Position numbers and translations under genes: made by a program. From Thermoleophilia bacterium (GTDB taxonomy: Bacteria > Actinomycetota > Thermoleophilia > BMS3ABIN01), in contig JACWAM010000069.1 in the NCBI GenBank assembly GCA_014874265.1, positions 1-61,544 on the forward strand: 61,544 nt of DNA. Direction: 5' to 3'. Each line of letters begins with the position of its first letter. Positions within the stretch are counted from its first letter, which is position 1. The notes under the pieces were generated by a model. That model made no database searches, was not told the origin of the DNA, and saw nothing but the letters and a program-made list of their open reading frames with translations. Below are positions 49,239 to 58,931 of the stretch, piece by piece.

Positions 49239-49390
49239 GCTAGTTTTATATCTGTTTCAGAAAAAAATGCTGTAAAATAAGCGATCTTTAGCCTGCCGGC
49301 GGCAATGGCTGGCTCATAAACAATAAGAGAGAACAAGAGAGTATTCTGCCAGAAGGTCGGAAACGGGGCGATCTCCTGCCAGGGAGGGAC

Positions 49391-50191
49391 ATGTTTGAAA
49401 TCGGGACTACATTACGGGATGCGAGAGTACGGTCAAATATTTCGCTGCAGCAGGCCGAGGAAGATACGAAGATCAGGATCAAGTACATCCAGGCGATGGA
49501 AAATGAGGATTTTAATCAGCTTCCCGGTGATACCTACGCCAAGGGCTTTTTAAGGACTTATGCGGAGTATCTCGGACTTGATTTTCAGATCTTGCTGGAC
49601 GAATTCAATGAGCGATTCGGCGACGGGGAATACCGGGAGCATGTTATTCAACCGCCGCGGACGGCAAGACCCAAGGAGCCACACAAGCGCAAGAACTACG
49701 TGTTTGTCGCAATTCTGGCGGTGGCCATCATCGCGGTGCTTGCCTACCTCGGATGGGGCAATTCATCAAGTGAGAAACCGGCGCTGGTGACTTCAACGAC
49801 CGCCTCGACGGGAGCGGACGCGCAAACCCAGGCGGCGCCCGCCGGAATCGGCGCTAGCCAGACCGGGACGGAAACCGCGCCGGCTGAAACGGCGACTGCC
49901 GAAACGCAGCCCGGCGCATTTCAGAGCATCGTGTTTAAGTCCAGCTCAAGCAATAACTGGGTTGAAGTCTATCAGGACCGCGCTATGAAGCAGGTTATCT
50001 GGGGCGGCACGCTGGCCGCGGGCGACAGCAAGTCGCTGGGAAGCGCTGATCTCCAGTCGGCCAATGCTGTCTGGCTCGACCTGGGCAGCGTCAAGGGGCT
50101 GGTGATCACCGTGAACGGGCAGGATCAGCAGATCAGCCGCGGAGGCTTCTATAAAGTGACGCCCAGCGGGCTTACTCCTGCGGGGGGATAG
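49391..50191 (+). CDS. rodZ: RodZ-like HTH/TM protein
   Basis: IGTTLRDAR, TKIRIKYIQAME, YAKGFLRTYAEYLGLD, one TM, DUF4115-like C-terminus. Confidence 0.88.
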   Translation: MFEIGTTLRDARVRSNISLQQAEEDTKIRIKYIQAMENEDFNQLPGDTYAKGFLRTYAEYLGLDFQILLDEFNERFGDGEYREHVIQPPRTARPKEPHKRKNYVFVAILAVAIIAVLAYLGWGNSSSEKPALVTSTTASTGADAQTQAAPAGIGASQTGTETAPAETATAETQPGAFQSIVFKSSSSNNWVEVYQDRAMKQVIWGGTLAAGDSKSLGSADLQSANAVWLDLGSVKGLVITVNGQDQQISRGGFYKVTPSGLTPAGG

Positions 50192-50197
50192 GTTTAA

Positions 50198-50794
50198 ATG
50201 GATGAAACGCGGACGGTGGCTCCGTCCAACCCGGTGCCGGTGAAAGAACGTTGGCGGCTGCCGCTAAATCTCGCCAACAGCCTGACGATCTTCCGGATTC
50301 TGCTGATCCCGGTTTTTATGGTGTTCCTGCTGGAATTCCAGCTGGTCCCATTCAGCGCAGCCATCGCCGTAGCCATCTTCGTCCTGGCGGCGGTCACCGA
50401 TACCCTTGATGGCTACTTCGCCCGTTCACGAAACGCGGTCACTGTATTTGGGCAGTTTCTCGACCCTGTCGCCGATAAGCTGCTCATATCGGCGGCGCTG
50501 ATATCGCTGGTTTCACTCGGCCGCATCTCTGCTTGGGTTGCGATGTTGATCATTGCCAGGGAGTTCTCGGTCTCGGGCCTGCGGCTGGTGGCGGCGGCGA
50601 GCAGGATCGTGATCCCCGCCAGCCCGCTCGGAAAGATCAAGACGATTAGCCAGGTCGTGGCCGTGGTTGCCTTGATCTTGCCCCGGTTTGGCTACTTTCT
50701 GGGCCGGCCGCTCAGCTGGTACCTGATTTATCTGGCCGCCTTTTTCACAATAGTTTCCGGAATCAATTATTTTATTCGTGCCCGCAAATGGTAG
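50198..50794 (+). CDS. pgsA: CDP-diacylglycerol--glycerol-3-phosphate 3-phosphatidyltransferase
   Basis: NLANSLTIFRI; DTLDGYFAR...GQFLDPVADK. Confidence 0.95.
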   Translation: MDETRTVAPSNPVPVKERWRLPLNLANSLTIFRILLIPVFMVFLLEFQLVPFSAAIAVAIFVLAAVTDTLDGYFARSRNAVTVFGQFLDPVADKLLISAALISLVSLGRISAWVAMLIIAREFSVSGLRLVAAASRIVIPASPLGKIKTISQVVAVVALILPRFGYFLGRPLSWYLIYLAAFFTIVSGINYFIRARKW

Positions 50795-50909
50795 GGGTTG
50801 TTCGGGGTTGGAGTTGCGGGTTCCGGATTAAGGTAAATCACAGAAAGATGGAAGGGAATCAGACTGGTTTGGCCAGCAAGTCTTTGAGAGCCGGGCGCCG
50901 GTTTTTTAG

Positions 50910-52154
50910 ATGACGGCGATAATAATTACAGTAGGCACTGAGCTTACTGAAGGACGCGTGCTCGATACAAATACCGCTTTCCTCGCAGGGAGCCTGGAAG
51001 CGCGCGGGCTTAAGGTAATTCTTTCCTTGAGTGTTCCGGACCTCCGCCAGGAGATTGGTCAGGCGGTAAATTTTGCTTTGGAAAAAAAATCTGATTTGAT
51101 CGTACTGGCCGGTGGCCTGGGACCGACCGAAGATGACCTGACCGCGTCAGCGGTGGCGGCGGCCCTTGGTCTTGAGCTTCAGCTAAATCCGGAAGCGGAG
51201 TCGCTGGTGCGGCAGGCTGTCGGGGCCACTGGTCCCCTGGAGCCGCACCAGGCCAAGCAGGCGGTAATGCCTTCCGGCGGCAGGGTAATCAGGCCTGTCG
51301 GGACGGCGCCGGGCTTTATTCTGACGGAGAATCATACCGTGATGGCGGTATTGCCCGGCGTTCCCAGGGAGATCAAGGCCATGTGGGGAGACGTGCTCAG
51401 ATCGCCCCAGATGGCGCCCGTCTTAAGCGCTGCCCGGCCGCCGGCGCGGGGCCGCCTCGGCTTTTACGGCGTCAGGGAGATAGAAGTTGACCAAGCGGTT
51501 GAACGTATCCTGGGAAAGGCTCAGGCTGCCTTTGAGGTCAGCATCTGTTCGCGCCGGGGAGAGGTATTGCTCGAAGTTTCCAGCCCGGGCGACTTTGAAG
51601 ATCAGATCCAGGCTTTGCTAAAGACTCTCAAGAAAGAGTTCGGGCTCTCGGTCTATTCTGAAGGGGAAGAGATTGAAACCGTGGTTGCCGCCCAGTTGGC
51701 GCGAGCCGGAGCAACGCTGGCGGTTGGCGAATCCTGCACCGGCGGCATGCTGGGAGAAGTAATCACCCGGGTGGCGGGATCATCTGCCTTCTTCCTGGGC
51801 GGCGTGACGGCGTACAGCAATGATGTCAAGAAAAGTCTGCTTAAAGTCAGACAGGAGATTCTCGACAACACTGGCGCCGTCTCCAAGCCAGTCGCCCAGC
51901 AGCTGGCCCTGGGAGCCCGGTCAGCCACGGGCGCTGATTACGGCGCCGGCATCACCGGGGTCGCCGGACCATCTGGGGGGACGCCTGAAAAACCGGTTGG
52001 CCTCGTTTACATTTGCGTGTCCTCGAGCACCGGCGACGTGGTTGAGCGTTTCAATTTCAGCGGGGGGCGCGACGATATCCGCGAAGCCGCCGTTACGGCG
52101 GCGCTGCACATGCTTCATCTGAAGGTAACGGAAGATGAAGCGCCTGGAGGATAG
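50910..52154 (+). CDS. cinA: CinA (molybdopterin-binding domain plus NMN deamidase PncC)
   Basis: VGTELTEGRVLDTN, GGLGPTEDDLT, ESCTGG, TGVAGPSGG. Confidence 0.94.
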   Translation: MTAIIITVGTELTEGRVLDTNTAFLAGSLEARGLKVILSLSVPDLRQEIGQAVNFALEKKSDLIVLAGGLGPTEDDLTASAVAAALGLELQLNPEAESLVRQAVGATGPLEPHQAKQAVMPSGGRVIRPVGTAPGFILTENHTVMAVLPGVPREIKAMWGDVLRSPQMAPVLSAARPPARGRLGFYGVREIEVDQAVERILGKAQAAFEVSICSRRGEVLLEVSSPGDFEDQIQALLKTLKKEFGLSVYSEGEEIETVVAAQLARAGATLAVGESCTGGMLGEVITRVAGSSAFFLGGVTAYSNDVKKSLLKVRQEILDNTGAVSKPVAQQLALGARSATGADYGAGITGVAGPSGGTPEKPVGLVYICVSSSTGDVVERFNFSGGRDDIREAAVTAALHMLHLKVTEDEAPGG

Positions 52155-52171
52155 ACTCCCGGCAACGGAAA

Positions 52172-52819
52172 ATGAATCTGAGCAAAGACTATCCAGCCAA
52201 GCGCTCCCGGCGCCAGGGGCGGGGAGAGCGCTATCGGGAAGGGCGTCCTCACCGGCCTGACGGCCCGTCTTTCCGGCTTTTTTTCGCGGTCGAGATTCCC
52301 GAGGAAGCCACCGGCAGGCTGGTTGCCTGGCAAAGGGATTTTCTGGCAGCTGACCGGGCGCTCAGGCTTGTTCCCCGGGAGCAGCTGCATATAACGCTGA
52401 TCTTCCTGGGCCAGAAGAACGAGGAAGAGCTTGTGCGGGTGTCCGGACAGCTGGATGAGCTCGCGGATGAAGATCCGCTGACCTCATTTGAAGCAGCGGC
52501 AACCGCGATGGTGGGGCTGCCGAAGGGAAGAACGCCACGGGTGATCGCCGCCAGCATCGAAGAACCGGCCGGGCGGCTTAAGAGCATCCACGGCCGGCTG
52601 GCGGCAACGCTCGCCCGGAAACAGCTCTTCCAACTGGAGCGGCGTCAGTTTTTTCCCCACGTCACCATCGCCCGGGCCCGTGGCCGGGTGCATCTTGACC
52701 TGGCTCAAATGCAACCTGATCCGGTCAAATTTACAGCCGTCCGAATCACGCTGTATAATAGCATTCTCAAATCAAGCGGGGCCATACATCAGGCCCTGAA
52801 AACGGTCCAACTCAATTAA
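52172..52819 (+). CDS. thpR: RNA 2',3'-cyclic phosphodiesterase (2H family)
   Basis: RLFFAV, two HxT motifs (LHITL, PHVTI). Confidence 0.92.
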   Translation: MNLSKDYPAKRSRRQGRGERYREGRPHRPDGPSFRLFFAVEIPEEATGRLVAWQRDFLAADRALRLVPREQLHITLIFLGQKNEEELVRVSGQLDELADEDPLTSFEAAATAMVGLPKGRTPRVIAASIEEPAGRLKSIHGRLAATLARKQLFQLERRQFFPHVTIARARGRVHLDLAQMQPDPVKFTAVRITLYNSILKSSGAIHQALKTVQLN

Positions 52820-52831
52820 CTGGAGGCAGAA

Positions 52832-53902
52832 GTGGAAAAAGACAAAGCGTTGGAAGTTGCATTGGGCCAGATCGAACGCCAGTTCGGCAAGGGATCGATC
52901 ATGCGCATGGGGGACGACTGTGCCGGCATACAGGTCGGCGTAATTCCCACCGGGGCTTTGGCGCTCGACATTGCGCTGGGCATCGGCGGCCTGCCACATG
53001 GCCGTGTCGTGGAAGTTTTCGGGCCGGAGGCGTCCGGCAAGACAACCCTTGTCTACCATGTCATCGCCGAGGCTCAGAAACGGGGCGGAATCGCCGCGTT
53101 TATCGATGCGGAGCACGCCATGGATCCGGTATACGCCCGCCGGATTGGCGTCAATGTTGACGACCTGCTGGTTTCCCAGCCCGATTACGGCGAGCAGGCG
53201 CTGGAGATCGCGGAGATGCTCATCCGCAGCGGCGCTCTGGATGTGGTCGCCGTCGATTCGGTGGCGGCGCTCACGCCTAAGGCTGAGATTGAGGGTGAGA
53301 TGGGTGACTCGCATGTCGGGCTTCAGGCCCGCTTGATGTCTCAGGCCCTCAGGAAGCTGGCCGGGACTCTCAACAAGACTGGTACGGTGGCCATCTTCAC
53401 CAACCAGTTGCGGGAGAAGATCGGTGTTATGTTCGGCAATCCCGAGGTGACGCCGGGCGGCAAGGCTTTGAAATTCTATGCATCTGTTCGCCTCGATCTG
53501 CGTCGGATAGAAACATTAAAGGAAGGGACGCAGGCGATCGGCAACCGGGTCCGCGCCAAGGTGGTCAAGAACAAAATGGCGCCGCCGTTCCGGCAGGCCG
53601 AATTCGACGTTATGTACGGAGAAGGCATTTCCCGCGAAGGCAACATTCTTGATATGGGCGTGGCCCATGGAATTATCGACAAGAGCGGCGCTTTCTTCTC
53701 GTATGGCGGCGAGCGGCTCGGGCAGGGCCGCAATAATTCCAAAGTGTTCCTCAAGGAAAACAAGGATCTGGCGCAGGTGATCTTGCGCGAAACACTGCAT
53801 GCCGCGGGCGTGGATTTGTCGCCAGCCGAAGATGATGCGGCTGTGGCGGAGCAGGCGCCGGAGGCGATGGTAACCCGCAAGAAAGCTGCTTCCAAAGCCT
53901 GA
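52832..53902 (+). CDS. recA: Recombinase RecA
   Basis: [46 protein letters not shown]. Confidence 0.99.
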   Translation: MEKDKALEVALGQIERQFGKGSIMRMGDDCAGIQVGVIPTGALALDIALGIGGLPHGRVVEVFGPEASGKTTLVYHVIAEAQKRGGIAAFIDAEHAMDPVYARRIGVNVDDLLVSQPDYGEQALEIAEMLIRSGALDVVAVDSVAALTPKAEIEGEMGDSHVGLQARLMSQALRKLAGTLNKTGTVAIFTNQLREKIGVMFGNPEVTPGGKALKFYASVRLDLRRIETLKEGTQAIGNRVRAKVVKNKMAPPFRQAEFDVMYGEGISREGNILDMGVAHGIIDKSGAFFSYGGERLGQGRNNSKVFLKENKDLAQVILRETLHAAGVDLSPAEDDAAVAEQAPEAMVTRKKAASKA

Positions 53903-53922
53903 AAAAACAGTCAGCACCTTGA

Positions 53923-53952
53923 TTGACAGCGCTAGTCCGGCGGCGATAGAAT
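53923..53952 (+). promoter_or_regulatory. sigma70 promoter
   Basis: TTGACA, 18 nt, TAGAAT. Confidence 0.65.
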
Positions 53953-53958
53953 GAAAGT

Positions 53959-54214
53959 GTTCTACAATCTGCTTTGCATATTAGGCGATCAACGATAGAT
54001 TTCCTTGTTTTTTAGCATTTCAAGGCTTAATGGCAATAAACATGGCTATCAATAGCTGCGACGGGCTTAGTGAAAGTAATGGGAGTCCAGAAATTTCACT
54101 AGCATAAATACCCGGATGCCCGGTCTTCCCGGGAGTTTATGGCGGGCGGGCGCCGCCATACAAGGAAAACTAAATTGGTTTCGTATATGCCGAGCAGGTA
54201 TTGCTCGGCTTTTT
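53959..54214 (+). ncRNA. Candidate 6S-like RNA (or structured rny leader)
   Basis: Bounded by promoter and terminator; long irregular rod with a central bubble (pairings listed in findings). Confidence 0.5.
54189..54214 (+). terminator. Intrinsic terminator upstream of rny
   Basis: GCCGAGCA-GGTAT-TGCTCGGC (8-bp perfect stem) followed by T5. Confidence 0.8.
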
Positions 54215-54295
54215 CATTTTTAAGCCGGGATCGTGGCCAGCAATGAGATGTTTTAGGTCAGGCCGGCCGCCTATTGATTGAGACTGGAGCATGTT

Positions 54296-55828
54296 ATGAA
54301 TCTAGTGCTGATTGCGATTGTGGTTGCGCTTGTTTTCCTTGCCGTCGGTTTTTTCCTGCGAAAGGCGCTTTCGGAATCGAAATTGTCATCCCTGGAAAAA
54401 GAGGCGGAAAGGGCCCGCAGCGATGCCGCCCGGGAGGTAGAGACTATCCGCCGTTCCGCGGAGGTGGAGGCGCGGGAAAAGCTGCAACAATTCCGCGAAG
54501 AGGCTGAAAACGAGTTGAAAGACCGGCGGTCGGAGGTGTTAAGGAGCGAGCAGCGGCTGGAGGACAAGGAAAAGTTTCTCGCCGACAGGGACAGGGAGGT
54601 CCAGCGCCGGGAGCAGTCCTTGCTGGACCGTGAGGCCAATATCCAGAAAATTGGGGAGGACCTGCAGCAATCTCTTGATGAGCAGCGCCGGCAATTGGAG
54701 CGGGTCTCGGGCTTTACCAGCCAGCAGGCGAAGGACCTGCTTCTGAAGCAGGTCGAGGAAGAGGCGCGGCACGATATGGCTAAGATGGTCCGCTCGATCG
54801 AGGAAGACGCCAGGCGGGAATCTGACCGCCGGGCAAGGAACATTCTTTCGCTGAGCATCCAGCGCACGGCCGCCAACCATGCGGCTGAAACCACCGTCTC
54901 GGTAGTGCCGCTGCCATCTGACGAGATGAAAGGCCGCATCATTGGCCGCGAAGGCCGTAATATCCGGGCGCTGGAAAATATCAGCGGCATTGACGTGATC
55001 ATCGATGATACGCCGGAGGCGGTAGTTCTCAGCGGGTTTGATGGCGTCAAACGCGAAATCGCCCGGCTCACCCTGACAAAACTGCTGGCGGACGGACGGA
55101 TCCACCCTGCCCGCATTGAGGATACTTACAAGCAGGCTAAAGCTGAGGTTGAGAAAGCGATTATGGAAGCCGGCGAGCAGGCGACGTTGGAGGCAAATGT
55201 CCACGGTGTTCCCGAAAACCTCGTCAAGCTCCTGGGACGGTTAAAGTACCGGACCAGCTACGGCCAGAACGTTCTGGCCCACTCGCTGGAAGTGAGCCAT
55301 CTGGCCGGAATCATGGCCGCGGAGCTGGGCGCCAGCACGAAGCTGGTGCGCCGGGCCGGCCTTTTGCATGATATCGGCAAGGCTGTCGACCATCAGATTG
55401 AGGGCACCCATGCCGGCATCGGCGCAAATCTGGCCAAGAAAAACAGGGAGAGCCAGGCCATCTGGCACGCGATTGAGGCTCATCACGGCGATGTGGAGCC
55501 GCAAACGGTGGAAGCGGTGCTGGTCCAGGCCGGCGACGCTGTAAGCGCAGCCCGGCCGGGAGCGCGCCGCGACAGCCTCGAGAGCTATATCAAACGGCTG
55601 GAGTCTCTGGAGAGTATCGCCGTTAGCAAGAAAGGCGTTGAGAAGTGCTATGTGATGCAGGCCGGACGGGAGATTCGCGTCATGGTCAAGCCGGCGGAGA
55701 TCGATGATGACGAGGCGGCGCTGCTGTCGCGAGAAATTGCCAAAGAGATCGAAAAGCAGCTGGATTACCCCGGTCAGATCAAGGTGACGGTGATCCGCGA
55801 AAGCCGCGCGACGGAGTACGCCAAGTAG
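54296..55828 (+). CDS. rny: Ribonuclease Y
   Basis: N-terminal TM, coiled coil, KH domain ([14 protein letters not shown]), HD domain (LLHDIGKA). Confidence 0.97.
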   Translation: MNLVLIAIVVALVFLAVGFFLRKALSESKLSSLEKEAERARSDAAREVETIRRSAEVEAREKLQQFREEAENELKDRRSEVLRSEQRLEDKEKFLADRDREVQRREQSLLDREANIQKIGEDLQQSLDEQRRQLERVSGFTSQQAKDLLLKQVEEEARHDMAKMVRSIEEDARRESDRRARNILSLSIQRTAANHAAETTVSVVPLPSDEMKGRIIGREGRNIRALENISGIDVIIDDTPEAVVLSGFDGVKREIARLTLTKLLADGRIHPARIEDTYKQAKAEVEKAIMEAGEQATLEANVHGVPENLVKLLGRLKYRTSYGQNVLAHSLEVSHLAGIMAAELGASTKLVRRAGLLHDIGKAVDHQIEGTHAGIGANLAKKNRESQAIWHAIEAHHGDVEPQTVEAVLVQAGDAVSAARPGARRDSLESYIKRLESLESIAVSKKGVEKCYVMQAGREIRVMVKPAEIDDDEAALLSREIAKEIEKQLDYPGQIKVTVIRESRATEYAK

Positions 55829-56075
55829 ACGTTTCTGCTTCTGATGCTTCTTGCATGCGGCCATGGATGTTTCTCCTCGTTCGCATTGCTCGAGATCTGC
55901 GCCGGACGGGATGCTTCCCCTTCTCTGAATCGCTCAGGGAAAAACATCCAGTCCGGCTTAAATTTTGAATGGCTGCATATACTTTGCTCAGGGGAAACAG
56001 CCTGTCCGTAAAATTCTTTTTCCAACAGCGAGGCGGCTTCACGCCGGGCGACTGCTGCCTGATAAACTATTTCTC

Positions 56076-57383
56076 ATGGCTACTTATTACCTGACCACAT
56101 TTGGCTGTCAGATGAACGAGCATGACTCCGAGCGAATCCGGGGAGTGCTTGAAGAGCATGGATGGAGCGCTGCATCAAAGGCGGATGAGGCGGACCTGCT
56201 TGTCTACAACGCCTGCGCCGTTCGGACGAGCGCCGAAAACAGGCTGCGGGGCAGGCTGGGGGAGGCGAGCCGGAGGAAAAAGGAGCAGCCGGCCAGCCTG
56301 GTGGCGCTCGGCGGCTGCTTCGCCCAGAGTCGCGGGGAAAAAATCTTTGCGGAGTTGCCTTTCCTAGATGTTGCCTTTGGGCCGCAAAACATCGCCGAGC
56401 TGCCGTCGCTGCTGGCGGCGGCCGCTTCCGGTTCCGGGCCGGCATACGCGTTTGAGGACAATCCATTTCCCAGCGCCAGCCTGCCGACCCGGCGGCTGGA
56501 TCCCTTCCGGGCCTGGGTGCAGGTAATGACCGGCTGCACCAACTTCTGCAGCTACTGCGTGGTCCCCTATGTCCGGGGACCGGAACGAAGCCGTCCTGCC
56601 GGCGACATCATCACCGAAGTCAAACGGCTCGCCGCCGAGGGTGTCCAGGAAGTAACGTTATTAGGACAAAATGTCAATACATACGGTCTTGATCTTGATC
56701 TGTCTTCCCGGCTGGATTTCGCTGGATTGCTGGCGCAGCTCGATGGCATTGAGGGGATCAGGCGGATCCGGTTTACTACTTCTCATCCCAAGGATCTGGG
56801 AAGCCGCCTGATCGAGGCGATCAGGGATCTTCCCAGCGTTTGTGAGCATCTGCATCTGCCGGTTCAATCCGGCTCCTCCTTTATCCTGGACCGGATGAAC
56901 CGCGGCTATACCCGCGAGGAATATCTGGAAAAAGTTGACCGGCTGTACGAAGCGGTACCGGGACTTTCCCTGACCACAGACCTGATCATTGGTTTTCCCG
57001 GTGAGCGGGAAGAGGATTTTTACCGGACGACGACGCTGGTTCGCGAATGCCGGTTTGACGGAGCGTTTACTTTTGCCTTTTCATCTCGTCCGGGAACGGA
57101 TGCCGCTGGCCTGCCGGGCCGGGTGCCGGAGGCGGCCGTGAAGCGGCGCATGCGGGAGATCGTGACGCTGATTCAGGAGATCGCCGCAAAAAAGAATTCA
57201 GCGCTGATTGGCCGCGAAATGGAAGTGCTGGTGGAGGGCGGAAGCAGGCACGGCGGCGGGCGACTACGCGGCCGCACCAGGACGAACAAGATAGTCAACT
57301 TCACAGGCAAAGCAGATCCAGGAATGATTGGTGACGTCAAGATCGAATCGGCCACCTCGACGACCCTGAGCGGCCGCCGATAA
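56076..57383 (+). CDS. miaB: tRNA-2-methylthio-N6-dimethylallyladenosine synthase
   Basis: TFGCQMNEHDSE, NACAVR, GCTNFCSYC, FTTSHP, TRAM domain. Confidence 0.96.
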   Translation: MATYYLTTFGCQMNEHDSERIRGVLEEHGWSAASKADEADLLVYNACAVRTSAENRLRGRLGEASRRKKEQPASLVALGGCFAQSRGEKIFAELPFLDVAFGPQNIAELPSLLAAAASGSGPAYAFEDNPFPSASLPTRRLDPFRAWVQVMTGCTNFCSYCVVPYVRGPERSRPAGDIITEVKRLAAEGVQEVTLLGQNVNTYGLDLDLSSRLDFAGLLAQLDGIEGIRRIRFTTSHPKDLGSRLIEAIRDLPSVCEHLHLPVQSGSSFILDRMNRGYTREEYLEKVDRLYEAVPGLSLTTDLIIGFPGEREEDFYRTTTLVRECRFDGAFTFAFSSRPGTDAAGLPGRVPEAAVKRRMREIVTLIQEIAAKKNSALIGREMEVLVEGGSRHGGGRLRGRTRTNKIVNFTGKADPGMIGDVKIESATSTTLSGRR

Positions 57384-57472
57384 TTGATTCAAACCCGTCA
57401 ATTGGGGAAGAATTCCGAAAGAGCTATCCAAATAGATGATCCTCATGGGGGGCTTCCAGGGAAGGCGAATAA

Positions 57473-58291
57473 ATGAGTCCATTGACAGCTCCGGTAAGGC
57501 AGCCGGCCGTGGCGGGCCAGTTCTATCCCCGGGATGCCGGGGAGCTGGAACGGACGGTTAAACCTTTGATCGGCCCCGGTCCGGCGGAACCGGCTTTGGG
57601 GGTCGTGGTTCCTCACGCCGGTTACATGTACTCCGGCCGCGTTGCCGGACAGGTTTACGGCAGCGTCGAGCTGCCCGGGGCGTTTATAATGATCGGCCCC
57701 AATCATACGGGGCTGGGCCCAGCGGCGGCGATTATGACTGCGGGCGTTTGGCGAATGCCGGCGGGAGATGTTCTGATTGATACCGAGCTGGCCGGCGACG
57801 TCCTGGAAAACAGCCGCCTGTTGGAGGAGAACAGCTCCGCTCACCTCTACGAGCACTCGATTGAGGTGCAGTTGCCCTTTCTTCAGTATCTCAAAGGCAA
57901 TCCGTTGATTGTGCCAATTTGCGTAATGATCACGGACGCGGACCAGTGCCGTGACATCGGTTTGGCGGTGGCCGCCGCTGTGAGAATGTTTCCGGCTCCG
58001 GTGCTGATTATCGCCAGCTCCGACATGTCGCATTACGAGAGCCAGGCCGCGGCCCGGCGGAAGGACGAACTGGCGCTGGAGCAGATCTTCGCTCTCGATC
58101 CCGAAGGTCTGCTGGCGGCCACGCATAAAAATCATATTTCCATGTGCGGCGCCGCTCCGGTGGCGGCAATGCTGGTCGCCTGCAAGGATCTTGGCGCCCG
58201 GTCGGCAAAACTGGTCAGATATGAAACTTCCGGGGATGTCACCGGTGATTTTCGCCAGGTGGTTGGCTACGCCGGCGTCACCATCATCTGA
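57473..58291 (+). CDS. amrB: AmmeMemoRadiSam system protein B (MEMO1-like)
   Basis: RQPAVAGQFYP, PHAGYMYSG, EHSIEVQLPFLQ, SSDMSHY, SMCG. Confidence 0.92.
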   Translation: MSPLTAPVRQPAVAGQFYPRDAGELERTVKPLIGPGPAEPALGVVVPHAGYMYSGRVAGQVYGSVELPGAFIMIGPNHTGLGPAAAIMTAGVWRMPAGDVLIDTELAGDVLENSRLLEENSSAHLYEHSIEVQLPFLQYLKGNPLIVPICVMITDADQCRDIGLAVAAAVRMFPAPVLIIASSDMSHYESQAAARRKDELALEQIFALDPEGLLAATHKNHISMCGAAPVAAMLVACKDLGARSAKLVRYETSGDVTGDFRQVVGYAGVTII

Positions 58292-58382
58292 CCATCGTGT
58301 GGAGCAAGGACGCGCTTGCCGTCGCGCCGGCGCGATGCCGAAGTTTCCAGGATAAAACAAACCCGTCAGACAAGAATATGGC

Positions 58383-58901
58383 ATGAAAATAATTCCAGCT
58401 CAAAACCCGGCACTGTTTGCTCGGGCGGCCGTTGCGGCTGCGCTCAAGCATGAACCGATGCCGAAGCCTCCGGATGAAGACTTTTACCGCCAGCGGGCCG
58501 CCTGTTTTGTCAGCATCAAAATGGACGGAGCGCTGCGGGGATGTATCGGCACGCTGGAGCCGGCGGAGCCCTCGCTGGGTGGAGAGATCATCAGGAACGC
58601 CCAATCGGCGGCGTTTGCCGACCCCAGATTTAATCCGCTTTCGCCAGCTGAACTGCCGCGGCTTAAATTCAGCGTTGACGTGCTCAGCCGGCCGGAAGCC
58701 GTATCATCTCACGAAGACCTGGATTGCAAGAAATACGGTGTCATTGTCGGTTGCGATTATCGTCGTGGAGTGTTACTTCCCGATCTTGCCGGCGTCAGCT
58801 CCGTCGAAGAGCAGCTGGCGATAGCCTGCCAGAAAGCAGGTATATTGTCGCACGAAGAATTTACCGCTCACCGCTTTACGGTCGACAGATTTGAGGAATA
58901 G
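58383..58901 (+). CDS. amrA: AmmeMemoRadiSam system protein A (AMMECR1-like)
   Basis: ACFVSI, LRGCIGT, AAFADPRF, FSVDVLS, GVLLP. Confidence 0.92.
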   Translation: MKIIPAQNPALFARAAVAAALKHEPMPKPPDEDFYRQRAACFVSIKMDGALRGCIGTLEPAEPSLGGEIIRNAQSAAFADPRFNPLSPAELPRLKFSVDVLSRPEAVSSHEDLDCKKYGVIVGCDYRRGVLLPDLAGVSSVEEQLAIACQKAGILSHEEFTAHRFTVDRFEE

Positions 58902-58931
58902 GCCGGAAGGAAAGGCTCCCAGGCGGACGCC

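Noticed and set aside
49030-52831. LexA box (GAAC-N4-GTTC) upstream of cinA/recA
   Set aside because: No convincing match in the spacers I inspected.
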